64,000 nt of DNA from an uncultured Candidatus Rokubacteria bacterium (GTDB lineage: Bacteria; Methylomirabilota; Methylomirabilia; Rokubacteriales; CSP1-6): contig CAWBMV010000037.1 of NCBI GenBank assembly GCA_963789955.1, forward strand, positions 416,001 to 480,000, in the 5' to 3' direction. Position numbers and translations under genes: made by a program. Below the pieces are notes generated by a model that ran no database searches, was not told the origin of the DNA, and saw only the letters and a list, made by a program, of their open reading frames with translations. The first letter of the stretch is position 1, and each line of letters starts with the position of its first letter. Positions 1 to 11,173 of this stretch are shown one piece after another.

Positions 1-845
1 CGGCCGGCATCAACCTGAACGTCTTCCCGTCGAAGGGCTCCATCGAAAACGTGTACGCGGTCTACCAGCGGCCGGGCGTTCCGATGGGCATCGTGCAGTC
101 GGACGTGCTCGCGTTCGTCGCGCGCGTCCAGACCGACCCCGTGCTGCAGCGGATCGCGAAGAAGACGAAGATGGTCTTCCCGCTGTACAACGAGGAGATC
201 CATCTGCTGGGCAAGAAGGGCATCACCGATTTCGACGACCTGGCCGGTCGGAAAGTCGCGGTCGGCCGTGACGGCAGCGGCACGTACCTCACCGCGCGCT
301 TGCTCTTCAAGCTGTCGGAGGTCGCGCCCGCCGAGATGGTGCCGATCGACACGGGCGAAGCGCTCGCCGAGCTCAAGGCCGGCCGCATCGACGCGATGTT
401 CTACGTGGCCGGCTACCCGGTGAAGCTCCTCAAGGAAGACGTCACGGACAAGGACGGGCTCGCGCTGATCCCGATCACCAACAAGAGCGTCCTCGAGTTC
501 TACCCGCAGGCCGAGATTCCGGCCGGGACGTATCCGTGGCAGACGACGGCGATCAACACCGCGGCGGTCAAGGCGGTCCTCGTGTCCTTCGACTTCCGCC
601 GCCGCGATTGCGACAACGTCGGCCGCTTCGCGCAGCTCATGTCGCGGGGACTCGACTCCCTGCAGAAGAACGGCCACGCGAAGTGGAAGGCGGTCGACTT
701 CAACTATCCGCTCCGCGGCTGGGAGCAGTACGACTGCGTGCGGAAGGCGCTCGGGAAGGCCGCGCCGGCGCCCAGCGCGTCCGGGGCGACGCGCAGCGGG
801 CAGAATCCCGTCTTCGACGCCATCAAGGGCGCGCTCGACCAGTAG
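1..845 (+). CDS. TAXI-family TRAP transporter solute-binding subunit (5' truncated by window)
   Basis: Motifs GSIENV, MGIVQSDV, PLYNEEIH, G..GSGTY and G.IDAMFYVAG.P are typical of TAXI receptors; frame is open from window start. Confidence 0.8.
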   Translation, partial: AGINLNVFPSKGSIENVYAVYQRPGVPMGIVQSDVLAFVARVQTDPVLQRIAKKTKMVFPLYNEEIHLLGKKGITDFDDLAGRKVAVGRDGSGTYLTARLLFKLSEVAPAEMVPIDTGEALAELKAGRIDAMFYVAGYPVKLLKEDVTDKDGLALIPITNKSVLEFYPQAEIPAGTYPWQTTAINTAAVKAVLVSFDFRRRDCDNVGRFAQLMSRGLDSLQKNGHAKWKAVDFNYPLRGWEQYDCVRKALGKAAPAPSASGATRSGQNPVFDAIKGALDQ

Positions 846-890
846 GCTCGATCGACACGCGCCTCGTCGGCGCGGCTGAGTCCCCGAGGA

Positions 891-1886
891 TCAGACGCCG
901 ACGAGGTGCAGCAGAAACCAGGTCGCGGCGGCCACGATCGCCGACGCGGGAATCGTCAGGATCCACGCCCAGAGGATCTGCCCCGCCACGCCCCAGCGGA
1001 CGGCCGAGAAGCGCTGAATCGCGCCCGACGCCCATGATCGAGCCGCTGATCGTCTGGGTCGTGCTGACCGGAATGCCGGCGATGGCGGTACCGAGCAGGG
1101 TGATCGCGCCCGCCGTCTCCGCGCAGAAGCCGCCCACCGGCCGCAGCTTCGTGATCCGCATCCCCATGGTCTTCACGATCCGCCAGCCGCCGGCCATCGT
1201 GCCCAGGCCGAGCGCGGCGTGCGCCGAGAGGATGACCCAGAACGGCACGTAGAAGTCGGCGCCGAGGTGGCCGGTGGTGAAGAGGAGCACCGCGATGATC
1301 CCCATCGTCTTCTGGGCGTCGTTGGTGCCGTGGCCCAGGCTGTAGGCGGCGGCCGACAGGAGCTGGCCGCGCCGGAAGACCTTGTCGACCCGTCCGGGCG
1401 TCTCGCTGCTTGAAGACGTTGAGCACCAGCACCATCATCGCGAAGCCGACGACCAGGCCGATCAGCGGCGCCAGGATCATGAACGCGCCGATCTTGACGA
1501 GGCCGCTCGCGACGAGCGAGCCGAAGCCCGCCTTGACGACGGCCGCGCCGGCGAAGCCGCCGATCAGCGCGTGGGAGGAGCTGGTCGGCAGTCCCCAGTA
1601 CCCACGTGATCAGGTCCCACACGATCGCGCCGACGAGCCCCGCCAGGATCACCCACTGGTCGACCACCGCGGTCTCGACGACGCCCTTGCCCACCGTGCG
1701 CGCCACGCTCACGCCGAAGCCGAACGCGGCGACGAAGTTGAAGAACGCCGCCCAGACGACCGCCTGCAGCGGCGACAGCACGCGGGTCGACACGACGGTG
1801 GCGATCGAGTTGGCGGCGTCGTGGAAGCCGTTGATGAAGTCGAAGACGAGCGCGACGAAGATGATGACGACGACGAGCGTGAGCAC
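891..1886 (-). CDS. pit: Inorganic phosphate transporter (PiT family), split by several frameshifts
   Basis: NGFHDAANSIATVVSTR, G.NDAQK.MG, GGWRIVKTMG and GIPVSTT motifs spread over successive frames. Confidence 0.85.
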
Positions 1887-1900
1887 CGGTCAGTTCGCGA

Positions 1901-2519
1901 TCAGGCCATCTTGAGGATGATCCCCTCGATCACGTTGGCGACGTCCTCGCACCGGTCGGTCACGATCTCCATCGTCTCGTAGATCTCTTTCCACTTGATG
2001 ACCTCGATGGGATCGCTCGCCTCGTCGAACATCGCGGCGAGGCTGTCGCGCAGCAGCACGTCGGCGGTGTTCTCGAGGCGGTTCACCTCGACGGTGTGCT
2101 CGTGAAAGCCGGGGTCCATGGTCCGCAGGCACTTGATGGTGCGGTCCATCGCGTGGGTGGTGTTCACGATGACCTCGGCCATCGCCCGGCAGGCCGAGGT
2201 CGGCTCCTTGATGCGGTAGACGACCAGTCGCTCGGCGGCCGCCTCGATGTAGTCGAGCACGTCGTCGAGACGCGAGGCCAGCTCGTGGATGTCCTCGCGG
2301 TCGATCGGCGTGATGAAGCGTCGTGTTCAGCTTCTTGATGATCTCGTGCGTCGTGTGGTCGCCCTGGTGCTCGACTTCCTTGATCGCGTGGGCCTTGGCC
2401 CGCGCATCGCCGAAGTTGTGGACCATCTCGTGCAGCAAGGCGGCGGCCCGGATGATGTGCTGGGACTGCTGCTCGAAGTAGTCGAAGAACCGAACTTCCT
2501 TCGGGATCAGGTTGAACAT
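1901..2519 (-). CDS. DUF47 / PhoU-like phosphate transport regulator, one frameshift near 2325
   Basis: MFNLIPKEVRFFDYF...EHQGD; TPIDREDIH; IKWKEIYE..E..TDRCEDVANVIEGI; adjacent to pit. Confidence 0.85.
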
Positions 2520-2594
2520 TGACCCGAGCCCGAGTGTAACGGAAACGTCACAATTGCGCCACCGGAAGTGACCGGACGCGGCGGGCACCGCCCG

Positions 2595-3451
2595 CTAGCC
2601 CTTCCTCAGCGCGAGCGGAGGAAGCCCGAGCATCGCCGCCCGCGCGAGCCGCCAGCACCCCTCGACGGCGTCGAGCAACGCGGGCGCGCTCGGCGCCAGG
2701 CAGCGGACGAGGGCACCGCGGCGCGGCAACACGGCCACCCCGACCTTCGTCGCGCCGCCGCTCGCATCGAGGCTCCCGACGTCGGCCGCGAAGCGGTCGC
2801 GGTCGAATGCGCCGACGACCGCGATCGAGGCGAAGTACGGACGCGACTCGGTAAACCCGGGTCCATCGAACGCGGGATCGTCCTTCCGCGTCGGCCCGCG
2901 CAGGACGAATCGGTCGTGCAGAAGCCAGCCGCCCGGGTCGCGGATCGAGATCGCGCTCTCGAGCAGGGCGAATCGCCACGATTCGCCGGCCGCCACCCGT
3001 CCGGCGGCAAAGGCGTCGACGAGGATGAGCCCGGCGGTCTCGTCGAGCTCGACATCGATGGCCTGACGCAGTGCCGAGCCCGCGAACGGGATGGTGTGGT
3101 CGGGCACCCACTCGACGACCGCGCGCGGGCCGATCGAGAGCCGCACGGTCTGAACGGTCGGCTCACCCTCGGCGCGATACACGCGGGTGGCCGAGGGCGT
3201 CGTGAGCACCGCGTGAGCGCCGGCGCCGGCCTGGACGTCGATCTCGAGTCGATCGCCGCCGACGAGACCACCGGTCGGATTCAAGATCGAGACGACCGCG
3301 GCCGGGTCGTCGAGCGCCATCGGAGCCAGGACCTGGAGCGGCAAGGTGAATCGGCATCCCGCGACGACGGTCGCCGGACCGCGCCGAGCGAAGCCGAGCC
3401 GCAGCGCGCCGTCGCGACCGACGCGGGCGGCGCCGAGCGCTGTGCCGGCCC

Positions 3452-3455
<4 letters not shown>
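2595..3455 (-). CDS. ureD: Urease accessory protein UreD
   Basis: [33 protein letters not shown]; urease operon context. Confidence 0.9.
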
Positions 3456-4074
<619 letters not shown>

Positions 4075-4078
<4 letters not shown>

Positions 4079-4767
4079 GATCTGAATAGCCTCATGTCGA
4101 GCGCCGCGTGACGGATGCCCGCGAGCTCGAGCGCTGGATTGAAGCTCCAGAGATCGTCCACGGTCGCCGTCGCCGCCGCGGCGGCCAAACGCTCGATCCG
4201 GCCTCGCATCGCGGCCAGCACTCGCTGGCCGTCGAGCTGACCGAGCGCGATGAGCCTGAGGCCCGCGCCGACCAGCAGCGCCGCGGTGGAGTAAAGATAG
4301 GCCGCGGCCGCGCGCTCGGGCTCGGCGCCGCCGCGGCCGACGGCCGCGCCGAACACGGTCGCGTGATGAGCGGCCGCCCGATCGTCATCGACGGCGCGCG
4401 CCAGCCGGGCGAGAAATGGGTCATCGCCGAGGCCGGCGGCGACGCGCAGCGCCTGACGGCCCATCTGGCGACTCGCGGCTCGGAACTCCGGGACCGTCTT
4501 CATCGCGTCGAGGCGCGCGTCGAGCGCGAGCCATTCGTGCGACTCGTCGCGCCGGGCGACGCCGACGGCGATCGCGGCGGCCGCGGCATCGGCCGGTCCG
4601 GCCGAGCCATCGAGGTGCGCCGCGACGAACATCTCGAGATCGTGCCGATCGCGAACGCGCCCGTCCTGCACGTAGGTTTCGAGCCCGAACGAGTGGGCGA
4701 AGCCGCCGGCCGGGAAGAGTCCGTCCGAGAACTGCAGCAAGGTCAGGAGCGCTGGATCAGCGGTCAT
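4075..4767 (-). CDS. ureF: Urease accessory protein UreF
   Basis: [21 protein letters not shown]-terminal RLFRS. Confidence 0.95.
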
Positions 4768-5197
4768 GGCGCTGGGCTTTTCCGATCGGCGTGAAGACCG
4801 CGCGCACCCGCTCGTAGTGGACGCCCATCCGCGTCAGGAGGATGTCCATCCCGGGATCGTCGGGCACCAGCAGCCGCTCCCCATCGATCGCCAGGTTGAA
4901 GTGGCGATTGCCCACCTCGAACGCCACCCGCAGCGCCTCTTCGCGCGACGCCGGCATGACCGCGAAGCACGGCTCCGCCGCGCACTCGACCGCCACGAAC
5001 CAGTCCGCGCCGACGTACAGCACCGCGCCCGGCATCAGCACGCTCCCCGTCGGCAACGCCAGCGCCAACGTCCGTCCCGCGCTCGTCGTCACCCGCCGCC
5101 GCCCCCACCGCCGCTCTTCCGCGGTCAGCACGAGCGTGTCCCGCTCCCGCCCCGCCAGCTCCGCATCCGCGACGCGAGCCGGCAGCGCGGTGATCAC
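4757..5197 (-). CDS. ureE: Urease accessory nickel chaperone UreE (no His-rich tail)
   Basis: LVLTAEERRWGRRRVTT, AFEVGNRH; GTG start with GGAGG Shine-Dalgarno 5 nt upstream. Confidence 0.85.
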   Translation of the reverse strand: MITALPARVADAELAGRERDTLVLTAEERRWGRRRVTTSAGRTLALALPTGSVLMPGAVLYVGADWFVAVECAAEPCFAVMPASREEALRVAFEVGNRHFNLAIDGERLLVPDDPGMDILLTRMGVHYERVRAVFTPIGKAQRHDR

Positions 5198-5321
5198 GAC
5201 AACCTCCGCGCCCGCAGCGCGCTCTGCAGAAGCAGCAGAAGCTGAAGAAAGCCGAGTCAGCTGAACACAACGAAGCAGAATCAGCCGACATGCCGCACGC
5301 GCAGTAACGGGCTGACTGCTA

Positions 5322-5393
5322 GAACGATCGAGCCCCAAGCTCGATCGTTCCGCGAATGGGGGGGTATGGGGGGCCATTTCGTGGCCCCCCATC
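5322..5393. repeat. Two GC hairpins (12-bp perfect stem at 5322-5350, then a GGGGGG/CCCCCC stem) between ureC and ureE; REP-like
   Basis: gaacgatcgagc-N5-gctcgatcgttc and atggggggcca..tggccccccat read directly. Confidence 0.6.
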
Positions 5394-7110
5394 AAAACAA
5401 GAAATACCGCTGGGCCATCGGCAGGACTCTCGCCGGCTCGCACGTGATCACCGCGCCGTCGACGCGCACCTGATAGGTCTCCGGATCGACCTCGATCCGC
5501 GGCAGCGCGTCGTTGTGGATCATGTCGCGCTTGCTGAGCCCGCGACAGCGACTGACCGCGACCGCCCGCCGGGTGAGCCCGAGCCGCTGCGGCACCCCGT
5601 CGGCGAGCGCGGCCGCCGAGACGAACGTCAACGCCGTCGAGCCGACGGCGCGGCCGAACGCTCCGAACATCGGCCGATAGAGCACCGGCTGCGGCGTCGG
5701 GATCGACGCGTTCGGGTCGCCCATGGCCGCCCAGGCGATGAGGCCGCCCTTGACCACCATCTCGGGCTTGACGCCGAAGAACGCGGGCTTCCAGAGCACG
5801 AGATCGGCCAGCTTGCCGACCTCGACCGAGCCGACGTGGCTCGACAGGCCGTGCGCGATCGCCGGGTTGATCGTGTACTTCGCCACGTAGCGCTTCACGC
5901 GCAGGTTGTCGTCGCCCGGCGTCTCGCCCGGCAGCGGTCCGCGCTGACGCTTCATCTTGTCGGCGGTCTGCCAGGTCCGGATGATGACCTCGCCGATCCG
6001 GCCCATCGCCTGGGAGTCCGACGACATCATGCTGATCGCGCCGAGATCGTGGAGCACGTCCTCCGCGGCGATCGTCTCGGCGCGGATGCGCGACTCGGCG
6101 AACGCGAGATCCTCGGGGATCCGCGCGCTCAGGTGGTGGCAGACCATCAGCATGTCGAGGTGCTCGTCCATCGTGTTCACGGTGAACGGCATCGTCGGGT
6201 TCGTCGAGGACGGCAGGCAGTTCGGCTCGCCGCACACGCGGATGATGTCCGGCGCGTGGCCGCCGCCGGCGCCTTCGGTGTGGTAGGTGTGGATCGTCCG
6301 CCCCTTGAAGGCACGGATCGAGTCCTCGACGAATCCGCTCTCGTTGAGTGTGTCCGTGTGAATGGCCACCTGCACGTCGAGCTCGTCGGCCACGCCGAGC
6401 GCGCAGTCGATGGCCGCCGGCGTCGTGCCCCAGTCTTCGTGCAGCTTGAGCCCGACGGCGCCGGCCACGATCTGCTCGCGCAGCGGATCGGGCGCCGAGG
6501 CGTTGCCCTTGCCGAGAAACCCGAGGTTCATCGGGAACGCTTCCGCCGCCTCGAGCATCCGGTGGATGTTCCAGGCCCCCGCCGTGCACGTCGTCGCGTT
6601 GGTCCCCGTCGCCGGACCGGTGCCGCCCCCGAGCAACGTGGTGAGCCCGGCGCTGATCGCCTCGTCGATGAGCTGGGGACAGATGAAGTGGATGTGCGAG
6701 TCGAGCCCGCCCGCCGTGACGATCTTCCCTTCCCCGGCGATCACCTCGGTCGAGGCGCCCACCACCATCCCGTCGGTGACACCCGTCATCAGGTCGGGGT
6801 TGCCGGCCTTGCCGACGGCGACGATCCGGCCGTCGCGGATACCGATGTCCGCCTTCACGATCCCCCAGTGATCGATGATGACCGCGTTGGTGATCACGAG
6901 GTCCAGCGCGCCGGACGCCCGCGTGGCGCGAACCGCCTGGCCCATCCCGTCGCGGATCACCTTGCCGCCGCCGAACTTGGCCTCCTCGCCGGGTGTCGTG
7001 AGATCGCGCTCGATCCGGATGAAGAGCTCCGTGTCGGCCAGCCGCACGCGGTCGCCCGTCGTGGGGCCGTAGAGATCGGCGTACTGCCGCCGCGTCAGGC
7101 GGAGGGTCAT
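5392..7110 (-). CDS. ureC: Urease subunit alpha
   Basis: [59 protein letters not shown]. Confidence 0.98.
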   Translation of the reverse strand: MTLRLTRRQYADLYGPTTGDRVRLADTELFIRIERDLTTPGEEAKFGGGKVIRDGMGQAVRATRASGALDLVITNAVIIDHWGIVKADIGIRDGRIVAVGKAGNPDLMTGVTDGMVVGASTEVIAGEGKIVTAGGLDSHIHFICPQLIDEAISAGLTTLLGGGTGPATGTNATTCTAGAWNIHRMLEAAEAFPMNLGFLGKGNASAPDPLREQIVAGAVGLKLHEDWGTTPAAIDCALGVADELDVQVAIHTDTLNESGFVEDSIRAFKGRTIHTYHTEGAGGGHAPDIIRVCGEPNCLPSSTNPTMPFTVNTMDEHLDMLMVCHHLSARIPEDLAFAESRIRAETIAAEDVLHDLGAISMMSSDSQAMGRIGEVIIRTWQTADKMKRQRGPLPGETPGDDNLRVKRYVAKYTINPAIAHGLSSHVGSVEVGKLADLVLWKPAFFGVKPEMVVKGGLIAWAAMGDPNASIPTPQPVLYRPMFGAFGRAVGSTALTFVSAAALADGVPQRLGLTRRAVAVSRCRGLSKRDMIHNDALPRIEVDPETYQVRVDGAVITCEPARVLPMAQRYFLF

Positions 7111-7457
7111 GAGCGCCGCTCCCACGCCGCGAGCTTGGCCAGCGCCTGCTCGCGCGCGCCGCCTTCGGTCAGCCCGTTCAGGCCGAAGATCCGGCGGGCG
7201 CCGCCGAGCTCGACGAGCGTGACGCGCTTCTCGTCGCCGGGCTCGAAGCGCACGGCGGTGCCGGCCGGCACGTTGAGCCGCATCCCGAAGGCCTGAGCGC
7301 GGTCGAAGCGGAGCGCGCGATTGACCTCGAAGAAGTGGAAGTGTGAGCCGACCTGGATCGGACGGTCGCCCGTGTTCGCCACCGTCAGCTCGACGGTGCG
7401 GCGGCCCTGATTCGCGATGATGTCGCCCTCGCCCAGCAGATATTCGCCCGGAATCAC
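7107..7457 (-). CDS. ureB: Urease subunit beta
   Basis: [34 protein letters not shown]. Confidence 0.97.
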   Translation of the reverse strand: MIPGEYLLGEGDIIANQGRRTVELTVANTGDRPIQVGSHFHFFEVNRALRFDRAQAFGMRLNVPAGTAVRFEPGDEKRVTLVELGGARRIFGLNGLTEGGAREQALAKLAAWERRS

Positions 7458-8215
7458 GGTTGGCCTCCTTCGCTCAACAGCCGGTAGTAGAACGCGCTCG
7501 GATCGAGGGCGCCGTCGGCGCTGCGCGCGTAGCGCGGAATCACGCCGGCCAGGGTGTAGCCGACCGAGATGTAGAGCTGCTCGGACGGATCGCCCCGTCG
7601 CGTGTCGAGCACCAGGGTGGTGCGCCCGAGCCCGCGGGCGCGCTTCTCGATCGCCAGCATGAGCGCGCGCCCGATCCCGCGACGCCGCGCCTTCGTGTGA
7701 ACGATCACCTTCGCCACTTCCGCGCGATGCGATCCGTTCGGCCGGGTCGCCGGCAAGAGCTGCGCGGTGCCCACGAGCGTTCCGTCGGGCTCGCGCGCGC
7801 CCAGCAGCACGCAGGATCCGTCCCGCACCGCTTCGACGACGCCGCGCCAGTACGCCTCGCCTTCGGCATCGGCCAGCGGCGGCAGGAATCCGACCGACGC
7901 CCCCGAATCCACCGCGTCCTTGAGCAGCGCGAGCAATCCCGCCAGATTGCGGACGGTCTCCTCCGCCGTCAGCGCCTCGATCGATCGACCCGGCCGCGTT
8001 CCGATCTCGAGCTCAGGAAAGCACTCGCCGATCGGAACGTAGCCGCCGGGCACGCGGGGAGGGCGGGAGCCCCGACTGGCGAAGTGGGACCCCCTCGTCC
8101 CGCCCGCAGCGCGAAGCGCTGCGAATCGGGCGAGCGGGTGACGCAGCCAGCCGGGGCCCCCCCCTCCCCGCGTGCCCGGCGCCGCAACGCGACGAAACCG
8201 CAAAGCGCCCGACAT
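7454..8215 (-). CDS. GNAT N-acetyltransferase, Ttr (tabtoxin resistance protein)-like; true start uncertain, domain begins near 7985
   Basis: [47 protein letters not shown]...GY. Confidence 0.85.
   Translation of the reverse strand: MSGALRFRRVAAPGTRGGGGPGWLRHPLARFAALRAAGGTRGSHFASRGSRPPRVPGGYVPIGECFPELEIGTRPGRSIEALTAEETVRNLAGLLALLKDAVDSGASVGFLPPLADAEGEAYWRGVVEAVRDGSCVLLGAREPDGTLVGTAQLLPATRPNGSHRAEVAKVIVHTKARRRGIGRALMLAIEKRARGLGRTTLVLDTRRGDPSEQLYISVGYTLAGVIPRYARSADGALDPSAFYYRLLSEGGQP
8045..8180. repeat. 136-bp palindromic element with 19-bp perfect terminal inverted repeats
   Basis: gccgggcacgcggggaggg (8045-8063) / ccctccccgcgtgcccggc (8162-8180); inner hairpin cgcagcgc-gaa-gcgctgcg. Confidence 0.75.
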
Positions 8216-8233
8216 GAGCTCGAAGACCGGAAG

Positions 8234-8536
8234 CTAGCGGATCGGATGGTGAATGGTGACGAGCTTGGTCCCGTCGGGGAACGTCCCCTCGACCTGGACC
8301 TCTTCGAGCATCTCGGGCACGCCTTCCATCACGTCGTCACGCCTGAGGATGTGGAGACCGGCCGACATCAGGTCCGAGACACTGCGGCCGTCGCGGATCC
8401 ACTCGAGAATCTCGGCGGTGATGAGCGCCAGCGCCTCGGGATAGTTCAGCTTGAGGCCGCGACTGCGGCGCCGGCGTGCCACTTCGGCCGCCGTGAAGAC
8501 GAGGAGCTTCTCCTGCTCGCGCGGGGTGAGGTGCAT
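8234..8536 (-). CDS. ureA: Urease subunit gamma
   Basis: [38 protein letters not shown]. Confidence 0.98.
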   Translation of the reverse strand: MHLTPREQEKLLVFTAAEVARRRRSRGLKLNYPEALALITAEILEWIRDGRSVSDLMSAGLHILRRDDVMEGVPEMLEEVQVEGTFPDGTKLVTIHHPIR

Positions 8537-8560
8537 CGTCGAGCCTCCTGACTCGCCTCG

Positions 8561-9250
8561 TCAGACCGCTAGATGCTGCCTGACCATCTCGGGCCGCAAG
8601 TCCCGCGTCGCTCCCGAGGCGACGACGGCGCCCTTGGCCATGATCACGTACTTGTCGGCGAGTCGCTCCGCGAAGTCAAGGTACTGCTCGACCAGGAGGA
8701 CGGCCAGCTTGAGCTCGGCCTTGATGCGCTGGAGCGCCTCTTCGATCTCGAGGATGATCGAGGGCTGGATGCCTTCGGTCGGCTCGTCGAGCATGAGCAG
8801 CTTCGGCTTGGTGAGCAAGGCGCGTCCGATCGCGAGCATCTGCTGCTCGCCGCCCGAGAGCACGCCGCCCTTGCGTGCCAGCAGCGGCTTGAGCGCCGGG
8901 AAGAGGGCGAGCGGTTCGTCGAGGGAGGCGGCGCGGCCGCAGCCGAGCAGCGCCATCCGGAGATTCTCCTCGACCGAGAGATGCGGGAAGATCTCGCGCC
9001 CTTGCGGCACGTAGCCGATGCCGGCCCGCGCCCGCCGGTCGGGCGACCACGTCGTGATGTCGGATCCGTCGAACATCAGGCGTCCGCCGCGCGCCGGCAA
9101 GAGCCCGATCGTGGTCTTGAGCAACGTGGTCTTGCCGACGCCGTTGCGTCCCATGAGACAGACCAGCTCGCCGGCCCGCACCTCGAGGTCGACACCCCAC
9201 AGCACCTGCGACTGACCGTAGGCGACGTCGAGGCCGCTAATGGACAGCAT
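8561..9250 (-). CDS. urtE: Urea ABC transporter ATP-binding subunit
   Basis: GRNGVGKTT, YVPQGREIF, LSGGEQQ, LDEPTEGIQPSII, VEQYLDFA. Confidence 0.93.
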   Translation of the reverse strand: MLSISGLDVAYGQSQVLWGVDLEVRAGELVCLMGRNGVGKTTLLKTTIGLLPARGGRLMFDGSDITTWSPDRRARAGIGYVPQGREIFPHLSVEENLRMALLGCGRAASLDEPLALFPALKPLLARKGGVLSGGEQQMLAIGRALLTKPKLLMLDEPTEGIQPSIILEIEEALQRIKAELKLAVLLVEQYLDFAERLADKYVIMAKGAVVASGATRDLRPEMVRQHLAV

Positions 9251-10043
9251 CGGCCCCCTCGCGCTTGCGCCCCAGATACACCTCGAGGACGCGCGGATCG
9301 TTCTGAACCTGCTCGACCGGCCCTTCGCACAGCACGGTCCCCTGATGCAGCACCGTCACCTGGCGGGCGATCTGCCTCACGAACTCCATGTCGTGCTCGA
9401 TGACGAGCACCGAGCGGTCCGCGGCGATCGACTCCAGCAGCTCGCCCGTGCGCTCGGTTTCTTCGTCGGTCATGCCGGCGACCGGCTCGTCGACCAGCAG
9501 GAGCTCCGGGTCCTGCGCGATGACCATCCCGATCTCGAGCCACTGCTTCTCGCCGTGCGACAAGGCACCGGCCATGCTCTCGGCTTTCGCCTCGAGCTTC
9601 ACTGTTTGCAGGGTCTGGACGATTCGCGCCCGCTCCTCACCGGCGTCGCGCTGGCGCAGCGCGGCGAACACGCCTTTCGACGGCCGCCGGAGCGAGAGCT
9701 CGACGTTGTCCCAGACCGTGAGGTTCACGAACACCGACGGCGTCTGGAACTTGCGGCCGATCCCGAGCTGCGCGATCGCGTTCTCGCGGAGCGGCAAGAG
9801 GTCCGTGCTGTGACCGAAGATGACGCGGCCGCTCTCGGGCTTGACGCGACCCGAGATGACGTCGAGCAGCGTCGTCTTGCCGGCGCCGTTGGGGCCGATG
9901 ACGACGCGGAGCTCGCGGCGGTCCATGAAGAAGTTCAGACGGCTCAACGCCTTGAATCCGTCGTAGTTCACCGTCACGTCTTCCAGGTAGATGATGCTCG
10001 CGGCGCGCGTCGGCCGCTCGGACGCCGGAGGCGGCGGCGTCAT
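9237..10043 (-). CDS. urtD: Urea ABC transporter ATP-binding subunit
   Basis: ELRVVIGPNGAGKTT, IGRKFQTP, LSHGEKQWLEIGM, DEPVAGMT. Confidence 0.93.
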   Translation of the reverse strand: MTPPPPASERPTRAASIIYLEDVTVNYDGFKALSRLNFFMDRRELRVVIGPNGAGKTTLLDVISGRVKPESGRVIFGHSTDLLPLRENAIAQLGIGRKFQTPSVFVNLTVWDNVELSLRRPSKGVFAALRQRDAGEERARIVQTLQTVKLEAKAESMAGALSHGEKQWLEIGMVIAQDPELLLVDEPVAGMTDEETERTGELLESIAADRSVLVIEHDMEFVRQIARQVTVLHQGTVLCEGPVEQVQNDPRVLEVYLGRKREGADAVH

Positions 10044-11173
10044 GGCGTCGGCCGCCCGAGCGAGACGCTGGGGGTCGAGACCGCCGGGTCCGGTCGTCGC
10101 GACACGATCCGGCGCACGCGCGCGCCCAGGCGGCCGAGCGCGCCGACGATGCCGTCCGGGAAGAACAGCACCGCGCCCATGAAGAGGCCGCCCAGGAAGA
10201 GGAGCCAGAGGTCGGGGTAGCTCGTGGTGAGCCAGCTCTGGATCCAGTTCACGCCGAACGCGCCGAGCACGGCGCCGTAGAGCGTGCCGCGGCCGCCCGC
10301 GGCGACCCACACGACCATCTCGATCGAGGGCAGCACGCCGATCTTCGCCGGCGTGATGATGCCGACTTGCGGCGCGTAGAGCGCGCCGGCGATCCCGGCC
10401 AGCGCCGCGGACACCACGAACACGAAGAGCTTGTAGGCCGCCGGCGAGTAGCCGGAGAACAGCACGCGCGTCTCGCTGTCGCGGATGGCGACGAGCACCT
10501 TGCCCGCGCGCGTCAAGGTGATCCAGCGGCACAGCACGTACGCGCCGATCAAGGTCAGCGCGGTCGCGACGTAGAGGCCGCGCTGGGTCGCCGGCCGGTT
10601 CAGCGGAAAGCCGAAGATCGTCTTGAAGTCGGCGAGGCCGTTGGTGCCGCCGAGGTTCATCTCGTTGCGGTTGAATACGAGCCACGCGCTGAGCGCCAGG
10701 GCCTGCGTGATGATCGAGAAGTAGACACCGCGGATCCGGCTCCGGAACGCCAAATAGCCGAAGGCGAAGCCGAAGAGCGCCGGGACCAGCACGATCGCCA
10801 GCAGGGTGAACGCGGCGCTGTGAAAGGGCCACCAGAACAGCGGCAGGCTCTTGACCTGGTTCCAGACCATGAAGTCGGGCAGCGCGCTCTGGTAGACGCT
10901 CTTCGACCCGATCTCGAGCATGAGGTGCATGCCCATCGCGTAGGCGCCCAGGCCGAAGAACACGCCGTGGCCGAGCGAGAGCACGCCCGCGTAGCCCCAC
11001 AGGAGATCGAGGCCGAGCCCGAGGATCGCGTAGGTGAGGAATTTGCCGAACAGGTTCAGGGTGAAGTTCGAGATCGAGAACGGCGACCCCGGCGGCAGCA
11101 TGTTGCAGAGGGGCAGCACGACCGCGACGACGATCGCCACGATCCCGAGTGCGACGGCCTCACGCTTCGGCAT
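10040..11173 (-). CDS. urtC: Urea ABC transporter permease
   Basis: LDLLWGYAGVLSLGHG.FF.LG.YAMGM, FRSRIRGVYFSIITQA, PQVGII. Confidence 0.93.
   Translation of the reverse strand: MPKREAVALGIVAIVVAVVLPLCNMLPPGSPFSISNFTLNLFGKFLTYAILGLGLDLLWGYAGVLSLGHGVFFGLGAYAMGMHLMLEIGSKSVYQSALPDFMVWNQVKSLPLFWWPFHSAAFTLLAIVLVPALFGFAFGYLAFRSRIRGVYFSIITQALALSAWLVFNRNEMNLGGTNGLADFKTIFGFPLNRPATQRGLYVATALTLIGAYVLCRWITLTRAGKVLVAIRDSETRVLFSGYSPAAYKLFVFVVSAALAGIAGALYAPQVGIITPAKIGVLPSIEMVVWVAAGGRGTLYGAVLGAFGVNWIQSWLTTSYPDLWLLFLGGLFMGAVLFFPDGIVGALGRLGARVRRIVSRRPDPAVSTPSVSLGRPTP

Noticed and set aside
5248..5260. 13-bp match AAAGCCGAGTCAG shared with 14929-14941
   Set aside because: Only two short copies with no flanking similarity; cannot be distinguished from chance
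4757..11000. Long N-terminal extensions of ureE (to 6589) and urtD (to 11000), and many long antisense ORFs
   Set aside because: They overlap well-supported genes in other frames and are Arg/Pro/Ala-rich shadow ORFs typical of high-GC DNA
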